64,000 bases of DNA from the NCBI GenBank assembly GCA_964455425.1, contig CAYVWG010000001.1:3938-67937 (forward strand), in the 5' to 3' direction. This document shows positions 45,293 to 55,043 of the stretch, in pieces. Numbering within the stretch: position 1 is the stretch's first letter; each line of letters begins with the position of its first letter. A program made the translations under genes and the position numbers. The notes below the pieces were generated by a model. The model worked only from the letters and a program-made list of their open reading frames with translations. It searched no databases and was not told the DNA's origin. Origin of the DNA: an uncultured Oscillospiraceae bacterium (GTDB lineage: Bacteria > Bacillota > Clostridia > Oscillospirales > Oscillospiraceae).

Positions 45293-45321
45293 ATTATATC
45301 AAGGGAGGGTAAGGATGTCAA
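45293..45321 (-). promoter_or_regulatory. Perfect-consensus sigma-A promoter for the SLH protein gene
   Basis: On the minus strand: TTGACA, a 17-nt spacer, TATAAT. Confidence 0.7.
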
Positions 45322-45348
45322 GGGAATTTTTGCCTAAAACAAAACTAG

Positions 45349-45416
45349 GATCAGGCAAGCGCCTGCTCAGCATGTCAAAAGGTCTTTTGACATGCTGAGC
45401 AAACCATCGCCTGATC
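45349..45416 (-). terminator. 68-nt extended hairpin downstream of rnc; candidate terminator or processing structure without a U-tract
   Basis: 18-bp perfect inverted repeat (tgctcagcatgtcaaaag / cttttgacatgctgagca), a 7x7 internal loop, and an outer 8-bp stem (gatcaggc / gcctgatc). Confidence 0.4.
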
Positions 45417-45509
45417 TCCAAAATTTCGTTTGCCCCTTGCTTGTGAAGAGGCAATCTTCTGTTTTTGCATAAAAGCGACCATGATGGCCATGAGCCTTAA
45501 GCCGGCTCC

Positions 45510-46193
45510 CTACAAATCCCCGGGAAACATGGCAGTAATTGCCATTTGGGCCGCTGCCTGCTCGGCCCGCTTTTTGCTGGTGCCCTGCCCAGTGCCTACG
45601 GTGCGGCCGTTTAGCTCCACCGCTACAGCAAAGCGCTTATCGTGGTCAGGGCCGCTGACGCCGGTAAGCGAATACACCAGGGTCTGGTTTTTCTGCCGCT
45701 GCACCAACTCCTGGAGTTTGGTTTTATAGTCCACATTATCTCGCACCCGCTGCTCCACATCCACCAGCACAAAGCGATAGATAAATTCCTTAGCATGAGG
45801 AAACCCGCCGTCCAAATAAATAGCGGCAATTATGGCCTCCATCACATCCGCAACGATGGAGGACCTGCCACGGCCGCCTCCCGCTTCCTCCCCATGTCCC
45901 AGAAGAAGATACGCGCCCAGATTCAGCCTTTCGGCAGACAGCGCTAAGCTTTTTTCGCAAACCAGTTCCGCCCGCAAGCGAGTCAGCCGTCCCTCCAGCA
46001 GGCCGGGGAAGGTGGAATACAGAAAATCCGCCGTGACAAACCCCAATATGGAATCTCCCAAAAACTCTAACCGCTCATAGCTCTTAAGGCCGTCCTTAAA
46101 CACCTCGTTGGCATAGGAGCTGTGGGACAGGGCGGTACGCAGCAAAGCCCGATTTTGAAAATGATAGCCTATTTTTTGCTCTAATTCGATCAT
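45510..46193 (-). CDS. rnc: Ribonuclease III
   Basis: RNase III signature ERLEFLGDS and a C-terminal dsRBD. ATG at 46193 (MIELEQKIGYHF), 2 nt after the plsX stop. Confidence 0.93.
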   Translation of the reverse strand: MIELEQKIGYHFQNRALLRTALSHSSYANEVFKDGLKSYERLEFLGDSILGFVTADFLYSTFPGLLEGRLTRLRAELVCEKSLALSAERLNLGAYLLLGHGEEAGGGRGRSSIVADVMEAIIAAIYLDGGFPHAKEFIYRFVLVDVEQRVRDNVDYKTKLQELVQRQKNQTLVYSLTGVSGPDHDKRFAVAVELNGRTVGTGQGTSKKRAEQAAAQMAITAMFPGDL

Positions 46194-46195
46194 GC

Positions 46196-47221
46196 TTATC
46201 GCTCCTTTGGCACCGCCCAACGGGTAGCATTTTGCCGGATCGTATCGCAAACCCCCATATTCACCGCGTCAAGCGCCTGGCGCACCGCGTTTTTTACTGC
46301 GCGGGCATCCGATGAGCCGTGGGCCTTGATCACCGGCTTGGCTATGCCCAACAACACCGTGCCGCCTACCTCTCGATAGTCCATGATCCGCCGTATGGGC
46401 TGCAGCTCTTTTTGGCAAAGTAAGGCGGCCAGCCTTGTCCTTCTGTTGGTTTCCATGGCATCCCGCAGCAGCTTGGCCATAAACATCGCTGTGCCCTCAA
46501 TGGATTTTAATAGCACATTGCCGCTAAAGCCATCACAAACCACAATGTCCACCACGCCCAAAGGCACGTCCCGGCCTTCCACATTGCCCACAAAGTTCAG
46601 GTCGCCCCGTTCTCCCGCTGCGTACAAAAGATCAAAGGCCTGCCTATGCAACTCGTCTCCTTTTTGAGTTTCCGTGCCGTTGTTGAGCAAGCCCACCCGG
46701 GGATTTTCCAGGCCCAGGGCGCATTTGGCGTAGAAATACCCGATGTAGCCAAACTGCAGCAGGAATTCCGGGCTGCACTCAATATTAGCCCCAGCATCGA
46801 TAATAATGCACCTGCCGCCCTGCACCGGCACCAAGGGACAAAACGCCGCTCGGCGAACGCCACGGATCCGTTTGACCAGCAAGGTGGCCGCCGACAGGAT
46901 CGCTCCGGTGTTTCCGCCGGAAATAAAGGCATCGCCCATACCATCGGCTAAAAGCTTCATTCCCAGCACCAAGGATGAGTTTTTTTTGCACCGTACCACA
47001 CGAGAAGGGTCATCCTCCATGGAAACCACCTCATCGGCGTTAGCGATCTCCACCCCGGTAGGCAGGGTATCGTAGCCCAGCTGCTTCATGGTTTTCAGCA
47101 GCAGTTCCCCCTGCCCCACCAGCAGAATCTCGGTTTGGTATTCCTTTGCCGCGGCAAACGTCCCCAAAACAAACTCCTTTGGGGCGTAATCGCCGCCCAT
47201 GGCATCTACGATGATCTTCAT
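46196..47221 (-). CDS. plsX: Phosphate acyltransferase PlsX
   Basis: MKIIVDAMGGDYAPKE N-terminus and GFSGNVLLK motif. ATG at 47221 chosen, with AGGAA 10 nt upstream. Confidence 0.93.
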   Translation of the reverse strand: MKIIVDAMGGDYAPKEFVLGTFAAAKEYQTEILLVGQGELLLKTMKQLGYDTLPTGVEIANADEVVSMEDDPSRVVRCKKNSSLVLGMKLLADGMGDAFISGGNTGAILSAATLLVKRIRGVRRAAFCPLVPVQGGRCIIIDAGANIECSPEFLLQFGYIGYFYAKCALGLENPRVGLLNNGTETQKGDELHRQAFDLLYAAGERGDLNFVGNVEGRDVPLGVVDIVVCDGFSGNVLLKSIEGTAMFMAKLLRDAMETNRRTRLAALLCQKELQPIRRIMDYREVGGTVLLGIAKPVIKAHGSSDARAVKNAVRQALDAVNMGVCDTIRQNATRWAVPKER

Positions 47222-47379
47222 GGCCATATGTTCCTTTCGTCTATACATTTTTCTAAGGAAAAAGGCAATCCCGTTTTCCCCCAGCGGAGCAAAGGCTTGC
47301 CATGCCTGGGAAAGCGGCAGGCAAAAAACGCCGCACAATACGGATGCTCAAGCCAGGAAAGGCTTTTTCTTAACCGGCA

Positions 47380-48681
47380 TTATCCTTCTTTCAGCCCCTC
47401 CAGCTGTGCCAGCGCACGGTTGGCAATGGCCAGGTTTTTATTGGCTTTTCCCTTGACCCGATAGCCCAGGGGCGAAATAATGCCAAAATTCACATTCATC
47501 GGTTGAAAGTGGGTCACAGAAGCGTCGCTGATATACAGGGCCAGCGCTCCAATAGCCGTTTCCCCGGGAAATACCGGCAACGTCTTTCCCATGACCTTCG
47601 CCGCCATGGCCACCGCAGCCAGATAGCCGGAGGCTGTGGACTCCACATAACCCTCCACTCCGGTAAGCTGACCGGCAAAGGCCACCATAGGATCCCGGCG
47701 GTCGGCATAAAAGCGGTCAAGCAACCGGGGCGCATCCAAAAAGGTGTTGCGGTGCATCACCCCATACCGGCAGAATTCCGCCTGCTCCAGGCCTGGTATC
47801 ATCGAAAACACCCGACGCTGCTCCGGAAAGCGCAAATGGGTTTGAAAGCCCACCATATTATAGACCGTTCCGGCGGCGTTATCTTTCCGCAGCTGCACCA
47901 CCGCATATGGCTCCTTGCCGGTTCGGGGATCGGGCAGCCCTACCGGTTTTAAGGGGCCAAAACGCAGGGTATCCACCCCCCGCCGGGCCATGACCTCCAC
48001 AGGCATGCAGCCCTCAAAGACCATCTTGTCCTCAAAGCCATGCACCGGCGCTTCCTCCGCCAAGGCCAGGGCCTGGACAAAGGCAAGGTATTGCTCTTTA
48101 TCCATAGGACAATTCAAATAGTCGTCCGTTCCTCGTCCATAGCGGGAAGCCCGCCAAGCGATGTCCATACAGATGGACTGCGTGGCCACCAGCGGCGCTG
48201 CGGCGTCATAAAAGTTGAGATAAGCCGCCCCGCCGAAATACTCCTGAATGGCCCGGGACAACGGCTCTGCCGTCAAAGGGCCGGTAGCTACGATCACCGG
48301 GCCGGATGGCACCTGGGTGATTTCCTCTTCCACCACAGTGATGTTGGGATGCTCCCGGATCCTTTGGGTGACCAGGCCGGAAAAACCAAACCGATCTACT
48401 GCCAGGCACCCTCCGGCCTCGACCTTGGTGGCATCCGCGCAGGAAAGAATCAAGCTGCCCAAACGCCGCAGCTCTTCCTTTAGCAGGCCCACGGCGTTTT
48501 CCAGCCGGTCTCCCCGAAAGGAGTTGGAGCAAACCAGCTCCCCAAAATCCGGGCTGTGATGAGCCGGGGTCATCTTGTGGGGCTTCATCTCATACAGGGT
48601 AACGCGGATTCCCCGCTTTGCCAGCTGCCAGGCTGCTTCACAGCCGGCAAGTCCGGCGCCAATTACCTTTACCTCATTCAT
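47380..48681 (-). CDS. trmFO: Methylenetetrahydrofolate--tRNA-(uracil54-C5)-methyltransferase
   Basis: VIGAGLAGCEAAWQLA FAD fold and conserved TrmFO/Gid body. ATG at 48681 overlaps the topA stop by 8 nt. The topA-trmFO order matches Bacillus. Confidence 0.93.
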   Translation of the reverse strand: MNEVKVIGAGLAGCEAAWQLAKRGIRVTLYEMKPHKMTPAHHSPDFGELVCSNSFRGDRLENAVGLLKEELRRLGSLILSCADATKVEAGGCLAVDRFGFSGLVTQRIREHPNITVVEEEITQVPSGPVIVATGPLTAEPLSRAIQEYFGGAAYLNFYDAAAPLVATQSICMDIAWRASRYGRGTDDYLNCPMDKEQYLAFVQALALAEEAPVHGFEDKMVFEGCMPVEVMARRGVDTLRFGPLKPVGLPDPRTGKEPYAVVQLRKDNAAGTVYNMVGFQTHLRFPEQRRVFSMIPGLEQAEFCRYGVMHRNTFLDAPRLLDRFYADRRDPMVAFAGQLTGVEGYVESTASGYLAAVAMAAKVMGKTLPVFPGETAIGALALYISDASVTHFQPMNVNFGIISPLGYRVKGKANKNLAIANRALAQLEGLKEG

Positions 48682-50860
48682 GCTTTTTGCTCTTGTTCTT
48701 CGTCGTCTTCTTTGCGGTTTCTTGTTCTTTATCGTCGCCAGCAGCCGGCTTTCGTCTATAGCCCCGCTTATCCTCCGGCAGGAAATTTTCGCAGGTTTCA
48801 TTGATGCAGAAGGGCTTCATCTGCCCCCTGCCGGCCTTTTTGAACATGGTCATGCCGCAAATCGGACAGTCCTTGTCCGTTGGCACATCCCAGCTCATAA
48901 ACCCGCAGGCTGCGCCCCGCTCACAGGCATAATAGGCATAGCCCCGCTTGGACTTCCGCTTCAGTATGCCGCTACCGCACTTGGGACACCGTCCCGGCAT
49001 ACGTTCTACAATGGGCTTGGTATTTTTGCAGTCAGGATAGCCCGGGCAGGCAAGGAACTTGCCGAACCGGCCAAACTTGACCACCATGTTCTTGCCGCAA
49101 AGCTCGCAGATCTCATCGGTCACCTCATCCGGTACCTTGATGTGGGTGTCCTTCAAAGCCTCCTCCGCGTCCTCCATCTCCTTATGGAAGCCCTGGTAAA
49201 AGTCGGCCAGCACCTGCTGATAATGCACTTTGCCCGCCTCTACCTGATCCAAACGGTTTTCCATGGCGGCGGTAAATTCCACATCGATCACATCGTTAAA
49301 CCGCTCTATCATCAGCTGGGTAACAACCTCTCCCAGCGGGGTGGGCTCTAGGCGCTTGTCTTTTTTATTGACATACTCCCTGTCTTCTATGGTGGAAACA
49401 ATAGAAGCATAGGTGGAGGGCCGGCCCACACCCTTTTCCTCCATGGCCTTGATCAAGGTGGCCTCTGTGTATCTGGCAGGCGGCTGGGTAAAATGCTGCT
49501 CCTTTTGGCAGCCCTCCAGTTGCAGCAGCTCCCCCTCCTGCAAAGGCGGCAGGGCGTCAAGAACCTCTTCTGAATCGTCGTCCTTTCCCTCTTCATATAC
49601 CGCCAAAAAGCCGGGGAAACGCAGGCTTTGGTGGCTGGAGCGGAAAATATGATCGCAGCAGGCGGTTTCAATGGACAGTACATCATACAGCGCGTTGGCC
49701 ATCTGACAGGCCACAAAGCGGCTCCAAATCAGCTTATACAGCTTGTACTGCTCCTTCGTCAGGTCTTTGCTGATGCTTTCCGGATCGAGCGCCACATTGC
49801 TGGGCCGGATGGCCTCATGGGCGTCCTGGGCGGAGCTTTTGCTCTTAAAGCGCCTAGGTGTGCCGGCGTAGTATTGCGCTCCATATCGGCTGGTGATCAG
49901 CTCCCGGGCGGCGGCAAGGGCTTCCTCCGACAGCCGGAGGGAATCTGTACGCATGTAGGTGATTAGACCTACTGTGCCATGGCCGGTAATGTCCACGCCC
50001 TCATATAGCTGTTGGGCAACGGCCATGGTGCGCCGGGGCTGCATATTGAGCTTTCTGGACGCCTCCTGCTGGAGGGTGGAGGTAATAAATGGCGGAGCGG
50101 GATTTCTCTTTTTTTCCGACCGCTTCACGGTCTTTACGGTAAAATGTTTTCCGGTGATCTCCGCGATAATGGCATCTACCTCGGCCTCATTGGTCAAGGT
50201 GCGCTTTTTGCTCTCCCCATAATAATGACCCACAAAGCGCCCTGCCTTCCCTATGCAGGCAAGCTTGGCATCCAAGTTCCAATACTCCTGCGGCACAAAG
50301 GCTCGGATCTCGTTTTCCCGGTCAACCACCAGGCGGGTAGCTACAGACTGCACCCGACCGGCAGACAGCCCCCGGCGGATCTTTTTCCACAGCAAGGGGC
50401 TGAGCTGATATCCCACGATGCGATCCAAAATCCGGCGGGCCTGCTGGGCGTCTACCAGATCATAGTCGATCCCTCGGGGCGACTGGATGGCCTTTTGCAC
50501 CACATTTTTGGTGATTTCATTAAAAGTGACTCGCTTGGTCTTGTCCTCCGGCAGCTCTAACAGCTCCTTCAAGTGCCAGGAAATGGCCTCTCCCTCACGG
50601 TCAGGGTCAGTGGCCAGATACACATAGTCACTCTTTTGCGCGGCGGCCTTCAACTCTTTGATGAGATCCGCCTTTGCACTCAAGGGCACATACTCCGGGG
50701 TGAAATTCTGCTCCAGATCCACTCCCATTTTACTTTTGGGCAGATCCCGCAGATGACCCATGCTGGCCTTTACCTGATATTCCGGCCCAAGATATTTCGA
50801 AATGGTCTTCGCCTTAGAAGGCGACTCCACAATAACCAAATTTTTGGCTTCTTTAGCCAT
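48674..50860 (-). CDS. topA: DNA topoisomerase I
   Basis: TOPRIM start (LVIVESPSKAKTI), active-site region (ITYMRTDS), C-terminal Zn-ribbon repeats (CPKCG, CPICG). Confidence 0.96.
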   Translation of the reverse strand: MAKEAKNLVIVESPSKAKTISKYLGPEYQVKASMGHLRDLPKSKMGVDLEQNFTPEYVPLSAKADLIKELKAAAQKSDYVYLATDPDREGEAISWHLKELLELPEDKTKRVTFNEITKNVVQKAIQSPRGIDYDLVDAQQARRILDRIVGYQLSPLLWKKIRRGLSAGRVQSVATRLVVDRENEIRAFVPQEYWNLDAKLACIGKAGRFVGHYYGESKKRTLTNEAEVDAIIAEITGKHFTVKTVKRSEKKRNPAPPFITSTLQQEASRKLNMQPRRTMAVAQQLYEGVDITGHGTVGLITYMRTDSLRLSEEALAAARELITSRYGAQYYAGTPRRFKSKSSAQDAHEAIRPSNVALDPESISKDLTKEQYKLYKLIWSRFVACQMANALYDVLSIETACCDHIFRSSHQSLRFPGFLAVYEEGKDDDSEEVLDALPPLQEGELLQLEGCQKEQHFTQPPARYTEATLIKAMEEKGVGRPSTYASIVSTIEDREYVNKKDKRLEPTPLGEVVTQLMIERFNDVIDVEFTAAMENRLDQVEAGKVHYQQVLADFYQGFHKEMEDAEEALKDTHIKVPDEVTDEICELCGKNMVVKFGRFGKFLACPGYPDCKNTKPIVERMPGRCPKCGSGILKRKSKRGYAYYACERGAACGFMSWDVPTDKDCPICGMTMFKKAGRGQMKPFCINETCENFLPEDKRGYRRKPAAGDDKEQETAKKTTKNKSKKHE

Positions 50861-51096
50861 GGAAAAACCTCCATTTGTTGGTTCATTCTCCCGCCTTTAC
50901 CACCGCCGTCCGCCTTATGTCCGGCAAGCGCAGCCTGCCGCTTTGGCGGGAGATAAACGGCTTCTATACTTCAATATAGTGGTTTCCGGGCTGGTTGTCA
51001 ATCCCATTTTCTCCAAGCGGCGGAGACATTGAGCAAACCATCGCCGCCCCTATTTGTCTCTTCGCCCCAAGCCCGCAGCGCCGCTTTGGCGTCCCT

Positions 51097-51855
51097 CTAG
51101 CTGTGTTTTTCTCTCATTTCCCATAAAACAATGGCGGCGGCCACCGCCGCGTTTAGTGATTCACAGCGGGCGGACATGGGAATGATCATCTTTCCCTCCG
51201 CCGCCGATAAAAAAAGCGATGAAACGCCCTGGCCCTCGCTGCCAATGACCACCGCCGCCTGTTTTAGCGCCATCCGGGTAATATCCACCGCATCGTCTGC
51301 CAAGGCGGTGGCGACAATAGGCACGCCTGCCTGCTGGCAGGCGGTTACGATCTGCCGGGCATGGGCCTGCACCGGCGGGGTACGAAGCACTGCCCCCATA
51401 GACGCGCGAACCGTCTTTTCCCCGTAGGGATCGGCACAGCCATCAGAAATCACCACCGGCACAGAAAAGGCGTCCGCTGTGCGAAGGATCGTGCCCAGAT
51501 TGCCCGGATCCTGGATCCCGTCCAAAATCAGGGTGCCTGGCCGCATCTGCCAAGGACGGGCCGGCGGCATCTGGCACACAAACACCACCCCCTGGGGCGC
51601 GTCCATGCGGGAAACATCCCGCATCAGGCTCTCCGGCACCACCACCAGCCGTGCGTTCTCCGGGATGTGCTCCAGATGAATACCCTCCTGCAAAATCACC
51701 GTTTCCACCGGCGTCTGCCAGCGCACCGCCTCTTGAAAGAGCTTGCGGCCATCTGCCACATAGGCCTGCTGGGCATAGCGGAACCGCCGGTTGCTTCGCA
51801 ATTTTTTCACCCGCTGGATCAGCGGATTGGTTTTGCTTGTAATTCGTTCTGTCAT
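51097..51855 (-). CDS. TrmH/SpoU-family RNA 2-prime-O-methyltransferase
   Basis: SpoU motifs (DGIQDPGNLGTILRTA, VIGSEGQGVS, IPM....ESLNAAVAAAIVL). ATG at 51855 after AAGGAG. Confidence 0.88.
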   Translation of the reverse strand: MTERITSKTNPLIQRVKKLRSNRRFRYAQQAYVADGRKLFQEAVRWQTPVETVILQEGIHLEHIPENARLVVVPESLMRDVSRMDAPQGVVFVCQMPPARPWQMRPGTLILDGIQDPGNLGTILRTADAFSVPVVISDGCADPYGEKTVRASMGAVLRTPPVQAHARQIVTACQQAGVPIVATALADDAVDITRMALKQAAVVIGSEGQGVSSLFLSAAEGKMIIPMSARCESLNAAVAAAIVLWEMREKHS

Positions 51856-52192
51856 CTGGTTTTCTCCTTGCTGAAATGGGCAAAAACGGATATCCAGCGC
51901 CATATCTCTTATTTTTCCTGCCCCATAGGCATGGATACCTTAGTAAATATTAACATAACCACCCCAGGATTGCAAGTCCTGACAAACCGGCGGCCAAACA
52001 GGTTTTTGCTCGTTGCCCATCCTTTCCCCGCAGATCTTCCACAGCAAAAGAAAGTAGGGTTGAATCAGAAAAAGCCACATAAACTAAAGAGACACAGCGA
52101 AGGTCTTTCCCAAGGCAAAGCGCTTCCCCACGGGTCTTGGCCCTTGGCGTTCAAACAAAGGGGAAAACAGGAGCAGAAAGGACACGCCGTCC

Positions 52193-53947
52193 ATGAACAT
52201 CTTAGCCATCATTACCCTGCTGGGCGGGTTAGCCTTTTTCCTATACGGGATGAACGTACTCTCCGGCGGCTTAGAGCGCATGGCCGGCAGCCGTTTGGAA
52301 CAAGGTCTGCGGCGGATGACCGCCAACAAATACAAAGGGCTGCTGTTGGGCGCAGGGATCACAGCGGCCATCCAATCCTCCTCCGCTACCACGGTGATGC
52401 TGGTGGGCCTGGTCAACTCCGGCCTGCTCACCTTGCAGCAGACCGTTGGCGTAGTCATGGGCGCCAATGTAGGCACCACTCTTACCGCCTGGCTGCTGTC
52501 CTTGGTGGGGCTGGAAACCAGCAATCTATTTTTGCAGCTGTTAAAGCCGGAAAATTTCTCCCTTCTTTTGGCTCTCTTTGGCGTACTGATGATGATGGGC
52601 GCCAAAAAAGCCCAGCGGCGGGACGCCGGCTCTATCCTGGTGGGCTTTGCCGTGCTGATGTACGGCATGAAGCTTATGAGCAACGCCGTTGCCCCGCTGA
52701 CCGCCTCTCCCGCCTTCCGCTCTATGCTGGTGGCCTTTCATAACCCTCTGCTGGGGGTGCTTCTGGGCGCGGTGTTCACCGCCATCATCCAAAGCTCCTC
52801 CGCCTCTGTGGGCATCCTGCAGGCGCTGGCCGGTACCGGCAGCATCACCTATGCCATGGCCGTCCCCATCATTTTGGGGCAAAACATCGGTACCTGCTGC
52901 ACCACGCTGATCTCCAGCATCGGGGTAAGCCGCAGCGCCAAAAAGGTGGCCGTGCTGCATGTCTCTTTTAATGTTCTGGGGGCCGGGCTGTTTTTGGCGG
53001 TCTACTATGGGCTAAACGCACTGCTCCACTTTCCTTTTGCCCAGGCGCCGATTTTTGAGGTGGGCATTGCCATTGTGCACACTTTGTTCAACCTGACCGC
53101 CACCGCCGCCCTGCTTCCCTTTAGCCGCTGGCTGGTAGCTCTTGCCAACCGCCTGGTGCCCGATACGCGGGAAGAGGCCAAAGTGCCAAAGCCACTGGTG
53201 GATCATCGTTTGCTGGCCACCCCGGCAGTAGCCATTGGCGAGTGCGTGACCATCACTGGCCGTATGGCGCAGCTTGCCCAAAAGACGCTGCTGCTGGCCA
53301 TGGCGCAGTTGGAAAATCCCCGGGATAAAGACAGGGAAAGGATTCTGGCCGGCGAGGCTAAGCTGGATCATTACGAGGATCAGCTTACCTCTTACCTTGT
53401 GGAGCTTTCCCGGAAAAAAATCACCGAAGACGATGCCCGGCAAGTCTCCGCCATGCTGCTGGCCATCAGCGACCTGGAGCGGCTGGGAGATCTGGGGGTA
53501 AGCCTTATGCTTTCTGTGCAGGCCCTTAAGGAAAAAGAGCTGACGCTGCCCGACAGCCAGGCAAAGGACATGGCTGTGCTTTCCGCCGCCATGGCTCAGC
53601 TGCTGAAAAGCGCTATTGGCCGCCGCTGCTTGCCGGACGAGAGCTTGGCCCTGGAGGCGGTCATCCGGCAGCGGATCTCCGACATTCGCCAGCGGCACAT
53701 TGTCCAGCTGCAGGCCGGCCAGTGCCAGCCGGAGATCGGCTTTGTGCTTTCCGATTGGCTTTCCTACTACGCTCAGGCCGCCGCCCACTGTGCCAACCTT
53801 GCCCTGCCCGGGCCTGCCTCCGCCCGGCGCTTTGACCGCCACCGGTACCGCAACGATATGCAGCGCAGCAGCTCGGCCTTTTCCTCTGCCTACCGGCAGT
53901 ATCTGACCCAGTATGCCCTGCCTGGGGAGACGCCCGCCAGCCCATGA
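52193..53947 (+). CDS. Na/Pi cotransporter family protein with C-terminal PhoU-like domain
   Basis: Duplicated Na_Pi_cotrans repeats (QSSSATTVM and QSSSASVGI), then a PhoU-like helical region. Confidence 0.9.
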   Translation: MNILAIITLLGGLAFFLYGMNVLSGGLERMAGSRLEQGLRRMTANKYKGLLLGAGITAAIQSSSATTVMLVGLVNSGLLTLQQTVGVVMGANVGTTLTAWLLSLVGLETSNLFLQLLKPENFSLLLALFGVLMMMGAKKAQRRDAGSILVGFAVLMYGMKLMSNAVAPLTASPAFRSMLVAFHNPLLGVLLGAVFTAIIQSSSASVGILQALAGTGSITYAMAVPIILGQNIGTCCTTLISSIGVSRSAKKVAVLHVSFNVLGAGLFLAVYYGLNALLHFPFAQAPIFEVGIAIVHTLFNLTATAALLPFSRWLVALANRLVPDTREEAKVPKPLVDHRLLATPAVAIGECVTITGRMAQLAQKTLLLAMAQLENPRDKDRERILAGEAKLDHYEDQLTSYLVELSRKKITEDDARQVSAMLLAISDLERLGDLGVSLMLSVQALKEKELTLPDSQAKDMAVLSAAMAQLLKSAIGRRCLPDESLALEAVIRQRISDIRQRHIVQLQAGQCQPEIGFVLSDWLSYYAQAAAHCANLALPGPASARRFDRHRYRNDMQRSSSAFSSAYRQYLTQYALPGETPASP

Positions 53948-54140
53948 GCCTGCAGCGGCCGCTTGGCAGGCGCTGTTTGCGGCAATTTCCTCCCCGCCTT
54001 AGGTTTTTTGGGGGCAGATATTGTTTTTCTTCTTATCCCTTGTTCGTGGGATTTTGCAAAACCACCGGCTAGAATAGAAGATGGAAATGGCGGGAAATCA
54101 CAGCTCGCCGCTAACACCATCATAAGGCGGAGGATATGCC

Positions 54141-54950
54141 ATGCAACTAACCAAGACGAAAACATTTCTGGAAACCGGCCGGGTCGTATTTTTGCCGGTT
54201 CGCGCTATTGCGCCCAACCCGGGGCAGCCTCGTAAGGTGTTTACCCAGGACGCACTGGAGGAGCTGGCTGCCAGCATACGGCAGTATGGCATATTACAGC
54301 CCCTGACTGTGCGGCGCACGCCCAACGGCTATGAGCTTATTGCCGGAGAGCGCCGTCTGCGGGCGGCAAAGCTTGCCGAGCTGCGGGAGGTTCCCTGCAT
54401 CGTAATGACCATTGACGAGGCCCAATCCGGTATGCTGGCTCTGGTGGAAAATCTGCAGCGCCGGGATCTGGACTATTTGGAAGAGGCGCTGGGCATTTCC
54501 CGCCTTATGCGGCTTTACGGGTTATCCCAAGAGCAAGCCGCCCAGCGCATCGGAAAAAGTCAGTCAGCCGTGGCCAACAAGCTGCGGCTTTTGCGTCACT
54601 CCCCTGCCGTGCTCAAGGCACTTCGGGAAAATCATCTGTCCGAGCGTCACGCCCGGGCGCTGCTAAAGCTTCCGGAAGAAGCCGATCGTCTCTCCGCCAT
54701 TGCGGTGATCGTCAAACGGGATCTCACGGTAGCCAAAACCGAGGAATACATAGACCGCCTGCTATCGGAGAAGGACGCTCCCCGGCAAGGCCCACGCAAA
54801 TTTCTGCTCAAGGATGTGCGGCTGTTTCTCAACACAGTAAATCACAACCTGGAGATCATGAAAAATGCGGGGATTCAGGCCAATCTGGGCCAGGAAGAAA
54901 CGGAGGATGAAATTGTTTTAACAATTCGTCTGCCAAAACGCGCCGGATGA
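54141..54950 (+). CDS. ParB/Noc-family CTPase-fold DNA-binding protein
   Basis: ParB-N motif GILQPLTV...YELIAGERRLRAA, HTH region (SQEQAAQRIGKSQSAVANKLRLL); 269 aa. No adjacent ParA. Confidence 0.85.
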   Translation: MQLTKTKTFLETGRVVFLPVRAIAPNPGQPRKVFTQDALEELAASIRQYGILQPLTVRRTPNGYELIAGERRLRAAKLAELREVPCIVMTIDEAQSGMLALVENLQRRDLDYLEEALGISRLMRLYGLSQEQAAQRIGKSQSAVANKLRLLRHSPAVLKALRENHLSERHARALLKLPEEADRLSAIAVIVKRDLTVAKTEEYIDRLLSEKDAPRQGPRKFLLKDVRLFLNTVNHNLEIMKNAGIQANLGQEETEDEIVLTIRLPKRAG

Positions 54951-55043
54951 CTTGCAAAATGCAAAAGAATGTGTTAAAATGAATGTTCAAACAGAGAAAC
55001 TTGTCGTCCCTTTGGGAAATATTGAATTAAGAAGGTATGCAGT

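Noticed and set aside
54951-55043. Looked for a lysine (L-box) riboswitch upstream of dapA, and upstream of dapL at 13160-13180
   Set aside because: The intergenic regions are only about 93 nt and about 21 nt. That is too short for an L-box of about 180 nt, and no conserved L-box helices are visible.
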